From contig CAJFCJ010000043.1 in assembly GCA_904063045.1 (NCBI GenBank), positions 107,501 through 171,500 of the forward strand: 64,000 nt of DNA. The letters run 5' to 3'. The stretch is from Dimorphilus gyrociliatus. Taxonomy: Eukaryota > Animalia > Annelida. Positions 1 through 10,665 of the stretch are shown here, in pieces (the first letter of the stretch is position 1; each line of letters opens with the position of its first letter). Made by a program: the position numbers and the translations under genes. The notes under the pieces are model-generated. The model did no database searches, was not told the origin of the DNA, and saw only the letters and a program-made list of their open reading frames with translations.

Positions 1-893
1 TTCTCTATTACTCAAGTAGAAGAGAATTTGATACTGATATCTTTTAAATGGTAAACTTGAAGTTAATTCATTGGAGAATGTCCTTGACATTTTACATAAT
101 ATTTTTTGAGTAATCAATTCTTCTTCGAATGAATGAAATTCAAATATTAATGGTATAAATCTGTGATTTTTAAAATATCCTGGAATTTGAAAATTGCTAT
201 CAGATTCTTTGTGATTTTCATCAGTAAAAAATAAATTGTTTTGTTTGAAGACAACTCCATGGAATGTTGTTTCAATTTTAAATTCAAAATTTTCACCAAA
301 ACATATTGAATCTGGGCAAAATTTTAGAGATGAGGTTAAATTTTCATCTTTTATCATTTCTAAATGATCAAATTCTATAATATTTCCACAGCCTTTATGA
401 GTTGTTTTCAACAGACAAAATGCAGTGTGATTGTTGTAAACTCTTTGATAAACAGTTTTCATATCAATTGTTAAGGAAAAATAATCTGAAAGGATTGTTT
501 GTCAATAGATATACTTTTTTCTCTCTCTCTCTCTCTCTCTCCTTCTCAATTATCATCCTTACATGTAAGACTTTTCATAAAACATTTAACCTTTGTTGCA
601 TATTTTGTTAGTAGATCTTGCAACTGAAAGTAACAAAGATTGTTCTCTTCTTCACAGGACATGAAATAAATTCTATTATGCCAATTCTGTGTAACTTCAA
701 TATGAGCTTCAACTCTATACTCATCAAATTCTGAGAATTCTGAACAAAACCTTTCAATATCTCTCCTCTTCTCCATAAACAGTAAATATCTGTGAGTGTA
801 ATGTTTCAAGCTCGTACTAACATAGCCCATACAGTATTCTCTATTGCAGATTTCATCGGCAAAATCCAGTTCTAATTCATCTAACATTAGCAA
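1..893 (-). CDS. Spliced gene of unknown function, two exons visible (893-563 and 485-1), running off the left edge; 5' exons not identified
   Basis: Acceptor ttaacAG at 895/894. Donor GTAAGG at 562 and acceptor tttcAG at 487/486 give a 77-nt phase-1 intron. The join reads ...KSLT-Y-YFSLTIDMKTVY... and stays open to base 1. A (CT)10 microsatellite (521-540) lies in the intron. Confidence 0.6.
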
Positions 894-1019
894 CTGTTAA
901 GACAAAAAAATATGCTGGTTACTGTCTTTTTTATGGAAGATATCCCTCCCCCTCCTCCCTCTCCTTACATTTACATTTTGTATGGATTTCCTTAGTATAC
1001 AACATAAGAAACAACTGAC

Positions 1020-1140
1020 TATGCCTTTGTACTGAAACATTTGCACCATTCAAAAATCTCTCCTCAAACAATCAGTAATTTATAAGACTTTTCCAAATCA
1101 TGCTTCAGATGATTAAATAGATGCTTTGTTCAATGAAAAA
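1020..1140 (-). mobile_element. Short degenerate mariner-like transposase N-terminal relic
   Basis: Minus strand reads ..FG..L....FEWCKCFS, resembling the mariner HTH region (FEW.KRF), with several stops. Confidence 0.3.
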
Positions 1141-1649
1141 ATATACCAAACTTTTGTCGAAAGAAACTTAAAGCTAGAGAAAAGGATTTAATTAATTTAC
1201 TTTTGAAAGAGACTGCAAAATGAATCCAAATGAAATGCAACAACCAGATCTCTTGTTGAGTTAATTAAAAAATTAGATAAACTTATGGCTGTGTAAACGT
1301 ATTAGTTGGGTTTGGAAATATTTTTAACTAGTTTTAATACACTTAAACCAAGGCTTAGTAACCTCCAACTGGAAAATTACATGCTAACCTCTGCAAGATC
1401 TGACAAATGTGGTTTAGTTTACAGTCTTCCAGACATCTACCTCATCTAAGCCTACAAGGAAATTGAAATATGGGCTAAGAGAAGTACAATTTGAGTGTAC
1501 TTTGTTGTATTGTAATTGTAGGAAATATCTTTTAGTGAACGCTAAATTCAAAAATGCTTTCAGGAAAAGATGTATTAAATGCTAAACGAACTCAACACCA
1601 AAAGTATATCAAAAGGTGTAAGTATTTTCAGGTTTAGTAAGAAATATAA

Positions 1650-1830
1650 TTAAAAAATAATCACATTGTTAGAAATATGTTGACCGCTTTTTCCAGAAAC
1701 ATCATAGCAAATATCAGCTGTCTCTTTTGTTTTTTCAGTGAAAACCCTCTGCGAAACGTGGGGATCACCATTTCCTCCTGGAACTATATGTTTACGCGTT
1801 TTATGTTGTCTGGATATTAATAAAATAGAC
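1650..1830 (-). pseudogene. Fragment of a GDPH/ITI_HC_C-like gene (diverged third copy)
   Basis: GNGDPHVSQRVF...ADICYDVSGKSGQ aligns with TGDPHFAQNVV...QICYDVTGKMGD of the 25238-26847 gene. The ORF ends immediately after the motif. Confidence 0.6.
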
Positions 1831-2857
1831 AAATGTCATTGATAAAAAATGACATTTTCCCACACTGAAATGTAGCCTTGACATATTTCAGCTTTTACAT
1901 TGGGATCACCATTGATCGCATCTGATAAACTAATGAGACAATATCTGTCACTCAAACCTGTGCATGAAGAACACTTATCATAAATCATATAAAAGTATAT
2001 ATATCCTCAGAATTGTTGTAACTTGCATATGCATAAATTGGCCAGGTAATATTGTCCGAGACATTTTTTCCCAACCACAAATACAATGCTTATGTTTTCT
2101 TGATTGTTGGACTTGTCGTATTAAAATTGTTACATCTTATACAACTCTCCTATCCTTTGCCTATAAAAGGGGTTGATTCTGGCAGTTTGGAACCCTCTAC
2201 CCCAAAAGGCAACATCTATTTCAACACTTCTACCATATAGTAAGTAATATTGTAAAATCTTTATTAACTATAGTTCATAAGTGTACACATATACTTAATG
2301 GAATCTTTGCTAAAGGGGAAGACACAACCATAGTAGGTCACCCATGCTTTGTAACTGTCTAAAAATTTAAATTTTGACTAGGCTGAAATCACTTACTGAA
2401 ACATTGTTTCAAAATATGGATTTGTTGTAAAAGTTAATTTTAGAAATGATAAGTTAATTTGTAATAGAAATGAAGTAGTTAAAAACTAGAGAGAGTCATA
2501 TAAATAAATTTTATTTACTACTCTGATAGAAAATATCCAAATACATTGTGATATGGATAAGCTACGTTTTTTACATATCTTCCAGGAAAAAGATTTAGGA
2601 TTCTAATTTGTCATTAGATAGCTCTAAACAAAGGGTTAGTAACAACGAAGTGCTTATAAATTGGTCTAGGGATGGATTAGGGTTAGAGTTAGAGTAAAAC
2701 CACAAAACTGTGGGCGTTTTCAACAACATCCAAGTAAGATGATTACAAAGTCAAAAAATTCAAAATGTGTTAAAATCGTTAAACCTAAAGTTAATCCAAA
2801 AGCTCCATCAATATCTGATAACAGTACTAACAATGTATGTGCTGGCTTCTCAGTTAT

Positions 2858-4486
2858 TTACAAAAACACATTTTTGTTATGAAACATTTTTTCCAATTGC
2901 TTTCTCTGTTTTCGTTTCAAATCGCATCCAATAAAAAGTATTTCTTCAAGAGTATTCGAAGATCTAAGAAGACCTTGACATATATTGAAAAATCCAAATG
3001 TCATCTTTGAATTCCCTGATAAATCGATAATTTTAAATTTAGAGCAATTTTTTAAGAGATTCCCAAGACAAGAACTCTGGTATCCATCCAAATTACAATT
3101 TCGCATATAGATTTCTTTTAAACTATCTGCTGATGTGACAAGTCCAGAGCAAATACTTGATACTCCATTACCCATGTTCTCATTTTCAGAAATGTTGATT
3201 ATTTCAATTTTAGGAAAATTCATGAGCATATGTCCTATATTGATACATTCATTTTCAGCTAAATCACAGCCAAGTAAATGAATTTCCTTTAAGGTGTTTG
3301 TTGAATTTAATAGTCCAAGAAATACACATGTTATTCTATTGGCTATTCGTAAATTTCCCGACAAATCTATATTTTCAATTGAATTACAACAATTCAACAA
3401 AATTCCAATGTTTTTTGTAGTAGATTTGTCCAAATCACAAAAGCTAAAATTTAATTCTTTTAAACTATTTGAAGAATTGAACAGTCCATGAACAATTTTT
3501 GAAATTCCTGTTCCTTTATTTGAATTTTTTGAAATATTAATTTTTTCAATGTTTGAACAATTTGATATTAAATTTTCAATGGCTTCCATATTATTTTCAC
3601 TTAAATCGCAATTTGAACATTTCAATTCTTTTAGAACAGTTGAAGATTTATAAAGTTGCTGAAATATTTTTGAAAATTTATCATCTCCCAATTTCTTATT
3701 ACAAGATAAGTCAATACTTTCCACATCAGAATTGGAGTGTATCATTTCAATAGCATAATTAATTTCCTTATCAGTTTTGCATTTTGCAGAAAATTGCAGT
3801 TTCCTTCCACCTTTTACAAAACGTTGTATATAATCCATATTTTCCAATGAATAGTTAAGTGAAAAATCATTTAACAATTCAAATTCAATTTTTTTATTTA
3901 AAAATTCTTTTAATTCATCACAATTTTTTTTCAAAGTAATATCTTGCTTAAAAAGATCATTTAAAATATTTATTCTTTTATCGCTCACATCTTGAACTTT
4001 TTTTTTTAAAGCTGTAAAATTTTTCTCAACTTTTAATATCCATATCTTTTGAAGTTGATCAATTCTATTATAAATAGCTTTGTGATAACTTTTATCTTCA
4101 TCTATGTATTTTTCTAACAAGTTTTCTTGTGTATTATTTTCACAGTTTAGATGACATTCCTCAAAACATTTTGTACACAAATTTCCAATATTATGTACTT
4201 TACAGAATAACGACAATTCTTTTGAATGTTTCGGACATAATTTTACAGTTTTGACATCTTTAAGTATATTTTTTTCCAAGTTACAAATCTGATTTTTCGC
4301 CAATTGAGTTTTTTCATTGCAGAGACAAGTGATTTCTGAATTGGATATATTTAATTGTTGCAAACATTCCATACAGAAATTAGAATGATGATGGGTAAGA
4401 ATTGTTGCATCTCTTTCTAAGCAAAGTTTAGAACAAAGAGTGCAAGAAAGTGATTTTTCATTCAGCATAAAACCATTAACAGCCAT
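2858..4486 (-). CDS. Intronless TRIM-like protein: degenerate RING, B-box, coiled coil, ribonuclease-inhibitor/NLR-type LRRs (542 aa)
   Basis: ATG at 4486. CTLC...HHHSNFCMEC...CLC is RING-like; CPKH.KELSLFCKVH....CTKC..ECH is a B-box; a K/E/L-rich helical segment follows; then ~9 repeats of ~28-29 aa (LKELxLxxCxL...IExIxLSxNxxMGxG). Confidence 0.85.
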   Translation of the reverse strand: MAVNGFMLNEKSLSCTLCSKLCLERDATILTHHHSNFCMECLQQLNISNSEITCLCNEKTQLAKNQICNLEKNILKDVKTVKLCPKHSKELSLFCKVHNIGNLCTKCFEECHLNCENNTQENLLEKYIDEDKSYHKAIYNRIDQLQKIWILKVEKNFTALKKKVQDVSDKRINILNDLFKQDITLKKNCDELKEFLNKKIEFELLNDFSLNYSLENMDYIQRFVKGGRKLQFSAKCKTDKEINYAIEMIHSNSDVESIDLSCNKKLGDDKFSKIFQQLYKSSTVLKELKCSNCDLSENNMEAIENLISNCSNIEKINISKNSNKGTGISKIVHGLFNSSNSLKELNFSFCDLDKSTTKNIGILLNCCNSIENIDLSGNLRIANRITCVFLGLLNSTNTLKEIHLLGCDLAENECINIGHMLMNFPKIEIINISENENMGNGVSSICSGLVTSADSLKEIYMRNCNLDGYQSSCLGNLLKNCSKFKIIDLSGNSKMTFGFFNICQGLLRSSNTLEEILFIGCDLKRKQRKQLEKMFHNKNVFL

Positions 4487-4699
4487 ATTTTCTAGGGAAT
4501 AAATTCTAAAGATTTAATTTATTACCATGACATTCTATATGTAAATATAAATACTATTGATAGATTAATCCAATCAATCACTTTTTAAAGAATGTTTAAA
4601 TCGTTTCCTTCGATTAAAACATTAATTATAATTTCTGTACATTCTACAAGAAACGAATGTTGTTCTAAACTGATTGCAGAGTCCAGTGTCCTTATTGAC

Positions 4700-5200
4700 G
4701 GTGTCCATATTGGTACATAAATATGGCACACACAGTTAACAGGATTAGAATGGATAATATAGTTTCTGCCATTTTACAATTTTCAATGTTTCTACTCGTA
4801 AAATCCAGGGTATCTATTATTACTCTGGCAGTGTGTGGGGTGCGTTATCCTGCTGCCAGATGAAGTTTTCTCCAAATTTTCCACTCAATATTAGGAAAAC
4901 TGTTCCCACCAACTGGAAGCTTATCCCTACATAGCCTTAGCCTGTCATTGAGCTGCCAGGTTAACAGGTGATTGGGACCATCCAGCAAAAACCTGGACTC
5001 ATCAGTGTTTAAATTTTCATCTGTTATAGGTCTAGTTAGGCAATATCATGAATGAGTTGAGATTGCAAAAATTGAACATTGTCAATTTATTTCTCTGTAA
5101 ATCTACACCAGGTGGCTCTTGATAATACACACATATGAGTGTGCGTTAGCATTTGTGCGGGCTTGCCTCTTAAACTATACATTTTACATCGATAACACAT
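4700..5200 (-). mobile_element. Tc1-like (DD34E-type) transposase relic
   Basis: Minus strand gives TDESRFLLDGPN (first D) and ENFIWQQDNAP-HTARV (second D, frameshifted), followed by a decayed SPDLNPIE-like region. Multiple stops. Confidence 0.7.
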
Positions 5201-5589
5201 ACCTATCCTTTTTCTTTTTTAATCAACGTCAGTCTCTCTGCTACTGATTGTTACTTCTATCTGCTCTTTGGAAATGTAGCCCTATTGTCTAAAATTTTAA
5301 TTAATTTGGCTAAAACCTGATTCTCTGTCTTTATTTGATGTTGTTATATCCTCCTAACCTCTAGATGCAATTCTCCCAATTACAAACCAATGCCTGTCTA
5401 CTCTTTCTAGCTATCTACCTCAGAAGTAACATCTACTTCAACACTTCTACCATATAGTAAGTATTATTTATAAAATATCTATAAATTATAGTTCATAAAT
5501 GTACAAAACCAAAATCAACATTTAAAATAACTTTCACTAGAAAAAGATTTTTCAAAAAATCTATCAATTCAAAAAGAAATGCCTTTGTT

Positions 5590-6200
5590 AATATAGAAAT
5601 ATGACTCATTTTCCACAGAAGGCCTATTTTCATAGAGATGTACCTACACATTGACTCTAGTGACATTTTTTCTAAAAATTCTTTCCCTTCTGCTGTGTAT
5701 TTCTGAAGGAGTTCACCCTTAAATCATTTCAGTACTGATTAAGGTCATAGCAGATCCATTTAGCACAAATCTTTCCCTATCTAAGTTCTTTTGTCATTTA
5801 TCCAATAGCTACATAACAAATTTTTTGAAGATTGCTCTCTGTAAAATAGTCTGATCTCCACTGTGGGGGCTATTTATTTCTTCTCAGTTTTGAAATTTTA
5901 CAACTGTCTTTGGACAACCACATCTTGCAAATCATCAAAATTTTTTCTTTCTTTTTATAACATATACCTACCTTCTTATGAAACATTCACTCAAAATGTC
6001 ATCCAAAAATAGCTTTTTGATCATCTGTAAAAGAACTTAGAAAAACTTTCTCAATCACTAAAAAAGCAATGAATTTTCAACTGTGTTTACACAATAAAAG
6101 TTTTTTTATTTACTAAGAGTATTGGAGAGTATCAATGACATTAGTTGAGTTGTTTCAATAAGAAAAGCACAAAGTTTGAAATAATTTGACCCAACCTTAT
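5590..6200 (-). mobile_element. mariner transposase relic with one TIR-like end
   Basis: Minus strand reads RCGCPKTVV (GRP motif), KICAKWICYDL (KxxARWVPHxL) and EGKEFLEK..T...VHLYE across frameshifts. A TA-TAAGGTTGGGTCAAATT-like terminus lies near 6200. Confidence 0.6.
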
Positions 6201-6974
6201 ATCTAACAAATATTGTTCATATTTTGTCCACTAAATATTATATCCAACAGAAGTTATTTGGAAGTAGCATTTGTACAGCATTCATGTAACATTACAATTT
6301 TTACATTCAGACACATCTGTCACTACTTACAAACTGGGCATCATAGGCATCTTTCAAAATATCTAAAAAATTTGTTCACTATAACCCTACTTTCAAAAAT
6401 TAGAAAAGAAAATGACAAGAAGAATTTTAGTGTAGCAAAGACTTTACATGTGGTAGAAAATTTTGATAAGTTAATAATTTTACCTTAACCTTAACCTAAT
6501 CATATTTTTTTACCTAACCTATTTGAATAAACTTAACCTTTGATAGAACCCAACCTAGTATTTATCAATAGTTTTAATATTTTTCTTAGACATTTTCCCA
6601 TGCTGAAATCTAGCCTTGAAATATTTCACATATGCCTGTCTTTATCAACAAAAACTATTTCAAAAATATCCAAGTAAATAATATTTTACAGTTGAATGAA
6701 AAGTTTTTTAAATGTGTCTAAAGAGATACAACACAACTAGCCCACTACCATAGATCCTATATTAACCTTAACAATCTGATCTGTTAATTCAAAAGATCTC
6801 CATAGACCTATAGAAATGTATTTGAAAATATTCTTAACCTCTTTAAAAATACCAATGAAAGAGTTTAAGTAGATGTTTTTGAAAAATTGTCACAAGACCT
6901 TTTGATGAGAAAACACCTATAAGAGAAAACACTTATAAGCAGGCACAATGGTAGCAGAGGTGTTAATAGAAATC

Positions 6975-8176
6975 ATGAAGAGTTGTACAATATGTACTGT
7001 TTTTCTTCTTTTGAATTTAGATTGTATGATATTTAGATTTGTCTCAAATAAATTTTTATTATATTTTAATCAACAGTTTTTGTGGTTCATTCACAACAAT
7101 TTTCTGTATCTGTTGAAGTTCCAGCTATAATGTTGGAAGGTTTTGGACAATATCATGTAAATTTTAAACAACAGACTGGAAATCCTACATGCAGGTTTTT
7201 TTTGTACATTAATATTTGAATGAATAATTTTACAAATTTAATTTGTTTTAAAGCTTTACAGCTAAAAAACCAGATGAAACTGTGGTAGCACAAGCTACCA
7301 AAGATTTAAATTCTATGTTTGAAAGCCACACCATTCAATATTTTACTTTATCATCATTCACTGAAGATTTTATCCTAACTTTTTCTTTCACTTGTGGTAC
7401 TTCAGGGTCATCAATTAGTTTTGAATTCAGGACACATGTTTTTGCAGTTGAGACTATGTAATACTTTAAACAATATTCAAAATATATATAAAAAAATTTA
7501 AATATTTCATTTGCTTATGGTTCTACTTTTCTACCTGTGATGTATGGGGTTCAAATTGATGTATCAAGTGCGCAATCCTAACCAACTATAGTTAAATTAC
7601 TTAGACAACTTGGTGACGCTATTTGCAGGTAATTACTTCGGTGAAATTAAATCATTCATCATCATCTATATGATTATTTTTCGTTATCTCAGCTTAACTC
7701 AACCAGACTCTGCCATAGCCATAACAGATTATTCTGGATCAACTGATCTAAGAAATGATAACATGGAAATTACAGTTACTAAAACTGGTTCTCAGGAATC
7801 TCTTCTCATGCTTGCAAGCTGCTCATCTGGTGGAAAGACATTCAATACTGACATTCCAGTTTATTTTTCAGTTGGTGCTCCTTCACCATGGGCATCTGCA
7901 ACAGGAGATCCACACTTTGCTCAAAATGTTATTGATAAATCATCAATGTCTACAAAACAAATATGTTATGATGTAACTGGCCAAATGGGAGATTTTATTT
8001 ATATTGCTGGATTCTATCACAGTGGAATAAAAGTATTTGGCCAACTTAAAGATGATTAATACATGCATAAAATTATCATTCAGTCTCCATCAGCAAACAT
8101 CACAGTATCATTAAATGAAATTCTTCTTGATAATATATATACAATGGAATGGAATGATAATTCAAAGGCAATGGCT
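6975..8176 (+). pseudogene. Pseudogenised paralog of the secreted GDPH/ITI_HC_C-like gene
   Basis: Same exon layout as 25238-26847: signal exon MKSCTICTVFLLLNLD, then TGNPTC|, then TGDPHFAQNVIDKSSMSTKQICYDVTG. Premature TAA at 8057-8059 where the intact copy has TAC. Truncated at ~8176 by a TIR element. Confidence 0.8.
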
Positions 8177-8182
8177 GTTGTA

Positions 8183-9038
8183 CACATACATTCGTCAGCT
8201 ATATTCTACAATAGAGAAGTAGTATTGAACCAGTATTGTACTATGCAGATAGTATTGTATACACAATACTGTTTGTCTTAACATGCATTAATCAGATATA
8301 CTTCCTCCTTATATGCTGATGCTAAATTTACTAACTCAATCAATTGAATATCATTATTAAGGTAGAATATAAAAATAGTCAAATATACAATCTACATGTT
8401 TTCTTGATTGTTGGACTTGTCCTACTAAAATTGTTATGTCTTATGCAACTCTCCAACCTGAGAAATTCAACTATTATTTAGAAGAGGAAAACAATAAAAA
8501 CATGACCATATTTACAACTTTTCTTTGTCTTCAAATGTTACTTTTGTTTTTGTGAACATTGAAATTTGTCAACTATCAACCCTTAAAAGAGTATATAAAC
8601 CCTACAAAATTAACAGTTGACAGTTCACTTTTCTAACTGTCAGCTAGTTGTTTAATCTAGCTGGTTTAGAACTAGAAGCTCATTTTACTCAATACATATT
8701 CTTTGGACAAAATACTGGTGTTTTGTTGATTAATTTCTACCAAAATTGCCTTTGTTAGACTATTTGTGGACGAACTTTAAAGGTTCTATTTGTGTGAGTA
8801 CTTTGGCAAGTTGGTAAATGATTGGAAAGGATGATTACAGTTGTGACGAACCAGAAATTCCTACAATTACAATACAACAAAGTACAAATTTAATAGGTTT
8901 TATAGCTGTGCAATGTATAGGCACTGCCCTCTGCGAAACTAGGTGAATACTGCTTATCTCTATCAGTGCTATCTGCATAGTACAATACTGGTTAAATACT
9001 ACTTATCTATTATAGAGTATAGCTGACAAATGTATGTG
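8183..9038. mobile_element. Non-autonomous TIR element (~65-bp TIRs, TA-flanked) carrying a family X segment
   Basis: Left CACATACATTCGTCAGCTATATTCTACAATAGAGAAGTAGTATTGAACCAGTATTGTACTATGCAGATAG matches the reverse complement of 8964-9038. TA occurs at 8181-8182 and 9039-9040. Confidence 0.7.
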
Positions 9039-9069
9039 TACAACTACACTAATCATTTCAGATTATCAA

Positions 9070-9384
9070 TAAGAATTTACAGATGTAATTTCTTTTTTTA
9101 AATCGATACATCATTTAAAAGTACTCAATGTCAGTGGAACAGATATTTATGATATCCATTTTAGAATAATGTCAGAAAATCTTGTCTTATTAGAAGAATT
9201 AAATATATCATCAAGAAGTATTAAGAAATTAAGGCCTATTCTCATGTTGAGTAATAAAAAATTGTTCAAAGAGATGTCAGATATTGCTATTCAGTATGAT
9301 GAATTTCAATATCTACTACATTTGGAATATCTAGAAATAGTTGAAATGTCTTTATGTGATTACAATATAGTATTTTATCAATGA
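9070..9384 (+). pseudogene. Orphan LRR (F-box/AMN1-like) coding fragment
   Basis: FFKSIHHLKVLNVSGTDIYDIHFRIMSENLVLLEELNISSRSIKKL shows LxxLxLS periodicity. There is no start, and it is bounded by repeats. Confidence 0.5.
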
Positions 9385-10320
9385 ATGAAAATGTAACAAT
9401 TTGAGCATAACTCTACCAAATGCCTGCATACATTGGTGAGTGTAGTGCATGATAAGAACCTAGATGTGTACGATTTAAAAATTGAAAATCACCAAAATTT
9501 TGCATGAAATACTATATTGTAATAGTATTGAGCAGTGCTCTGCATACCCAAGATACAACTTTTAACTACTTCTAAAGTTAGTTGTAAATAGACTTTTACA
9601 ACTTAACTTGAATATTTAACTAATTATCTTAAACATAATATATAATCAATATTAGTTGTTTTTATCATATTTTACCTATATTTGGAAATTGTAGATTGTT
9701 GAATAGTAGCAAATACGCAATACTATTATAGATAACCAAATGCTTTGGTTTTTGCCATAAAATCTATTTTACACTACAATATCTCATTTTTGTGGTATAT
9801 AAGAACAGCATTATGCTGATCTTTGTCTATTTTTGTGTGTTGGACACCATCCAAGTTCTACCAAAAATTGTTACATCTTATGCAATTTTTGACCTACTCA
9901 AAATATAGAACAACAACTCTCCAGAATAAAGAAAAAGTACCAATTATGGTGGCATATTTGGACTTTTCCTATATCTTATATGTTACTTTTGTTTGTCTGT
10001 ATATTTGTGATCTGTGAACTGTCAACTATTGGAAAGGTATATAAACCCTGCAAATTTAACAGTAGACAGTTCAGTCTTATCACTGTCAGCTTGTTGCTTA
10101 AACCAGCTTGTTTAGAACTAGAAACTTATTTACTCAATAAATATTCTTTGAATGAAATACTGATGTCTTATTGATTAAATTTTTGCAAAATTTCATTTTT
10201 TGAGACTATCTTTGGACAAACTTGAATGGTTCTATTTGTTTGACTACTATGGTAAATTGGTAAATGATTGGAAAGGGCAAATTTGATCTTGATGAATTCA
10301 ATTACAATTCAACAAAGTAC
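9383..10320 (+). repeat. Family X, longest copy (possible decayed intronless class-A GPCR)
   Basis: Clear nucleotide homology to 15190-16150, 8250-8890, 24440-24770, 2085-2160 and (minus) 33783-33940+36084-36176 and 1495-1530. One frame reads MNENVT...MKYYIVIVLSSAL...ILPIFG...LPKIVTSY...FLYLICYF...SACCLNQLV*N*KL with many stops. The repeat call is firm; the GPCR call is tentative. Confidence 0.6.
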
Positions 10321-10665
10321 ATTTAGAAAATTATTATTATTTTTTAAGGGTATTTAACACTTTTGTCTCTTTTGTAGCATCTTCCGTAAAATCATTCCTA
10401 AAGTATATATATCCTTCTTTTCTCCACAATTCTCCTTAATATACAACTCCTTTACAGATAAATATATCTTGAAATTATTGGGCTGAAAAGGATGATAATG
10501 TAAAATTTAATCTACTAATTTTCCATAGATTTTAAATACTCAACTTGGACAACAATATCCGTTATTGAAAATTGTCCATTTAGACAAAAGTTATGTCTAT
10601 GAATTGAGGAAATTGAATGTAAAATTGTTGAAAAACATTTAAAATATTTATAATCTCTATAAAAT

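Noticed and set aside
6600-6900. GPCR TM3 (LCCISLDTF) or LRR relic on the minus strand
   Set aside because: It is a single short motif among stops and cannot be assigned to a family.
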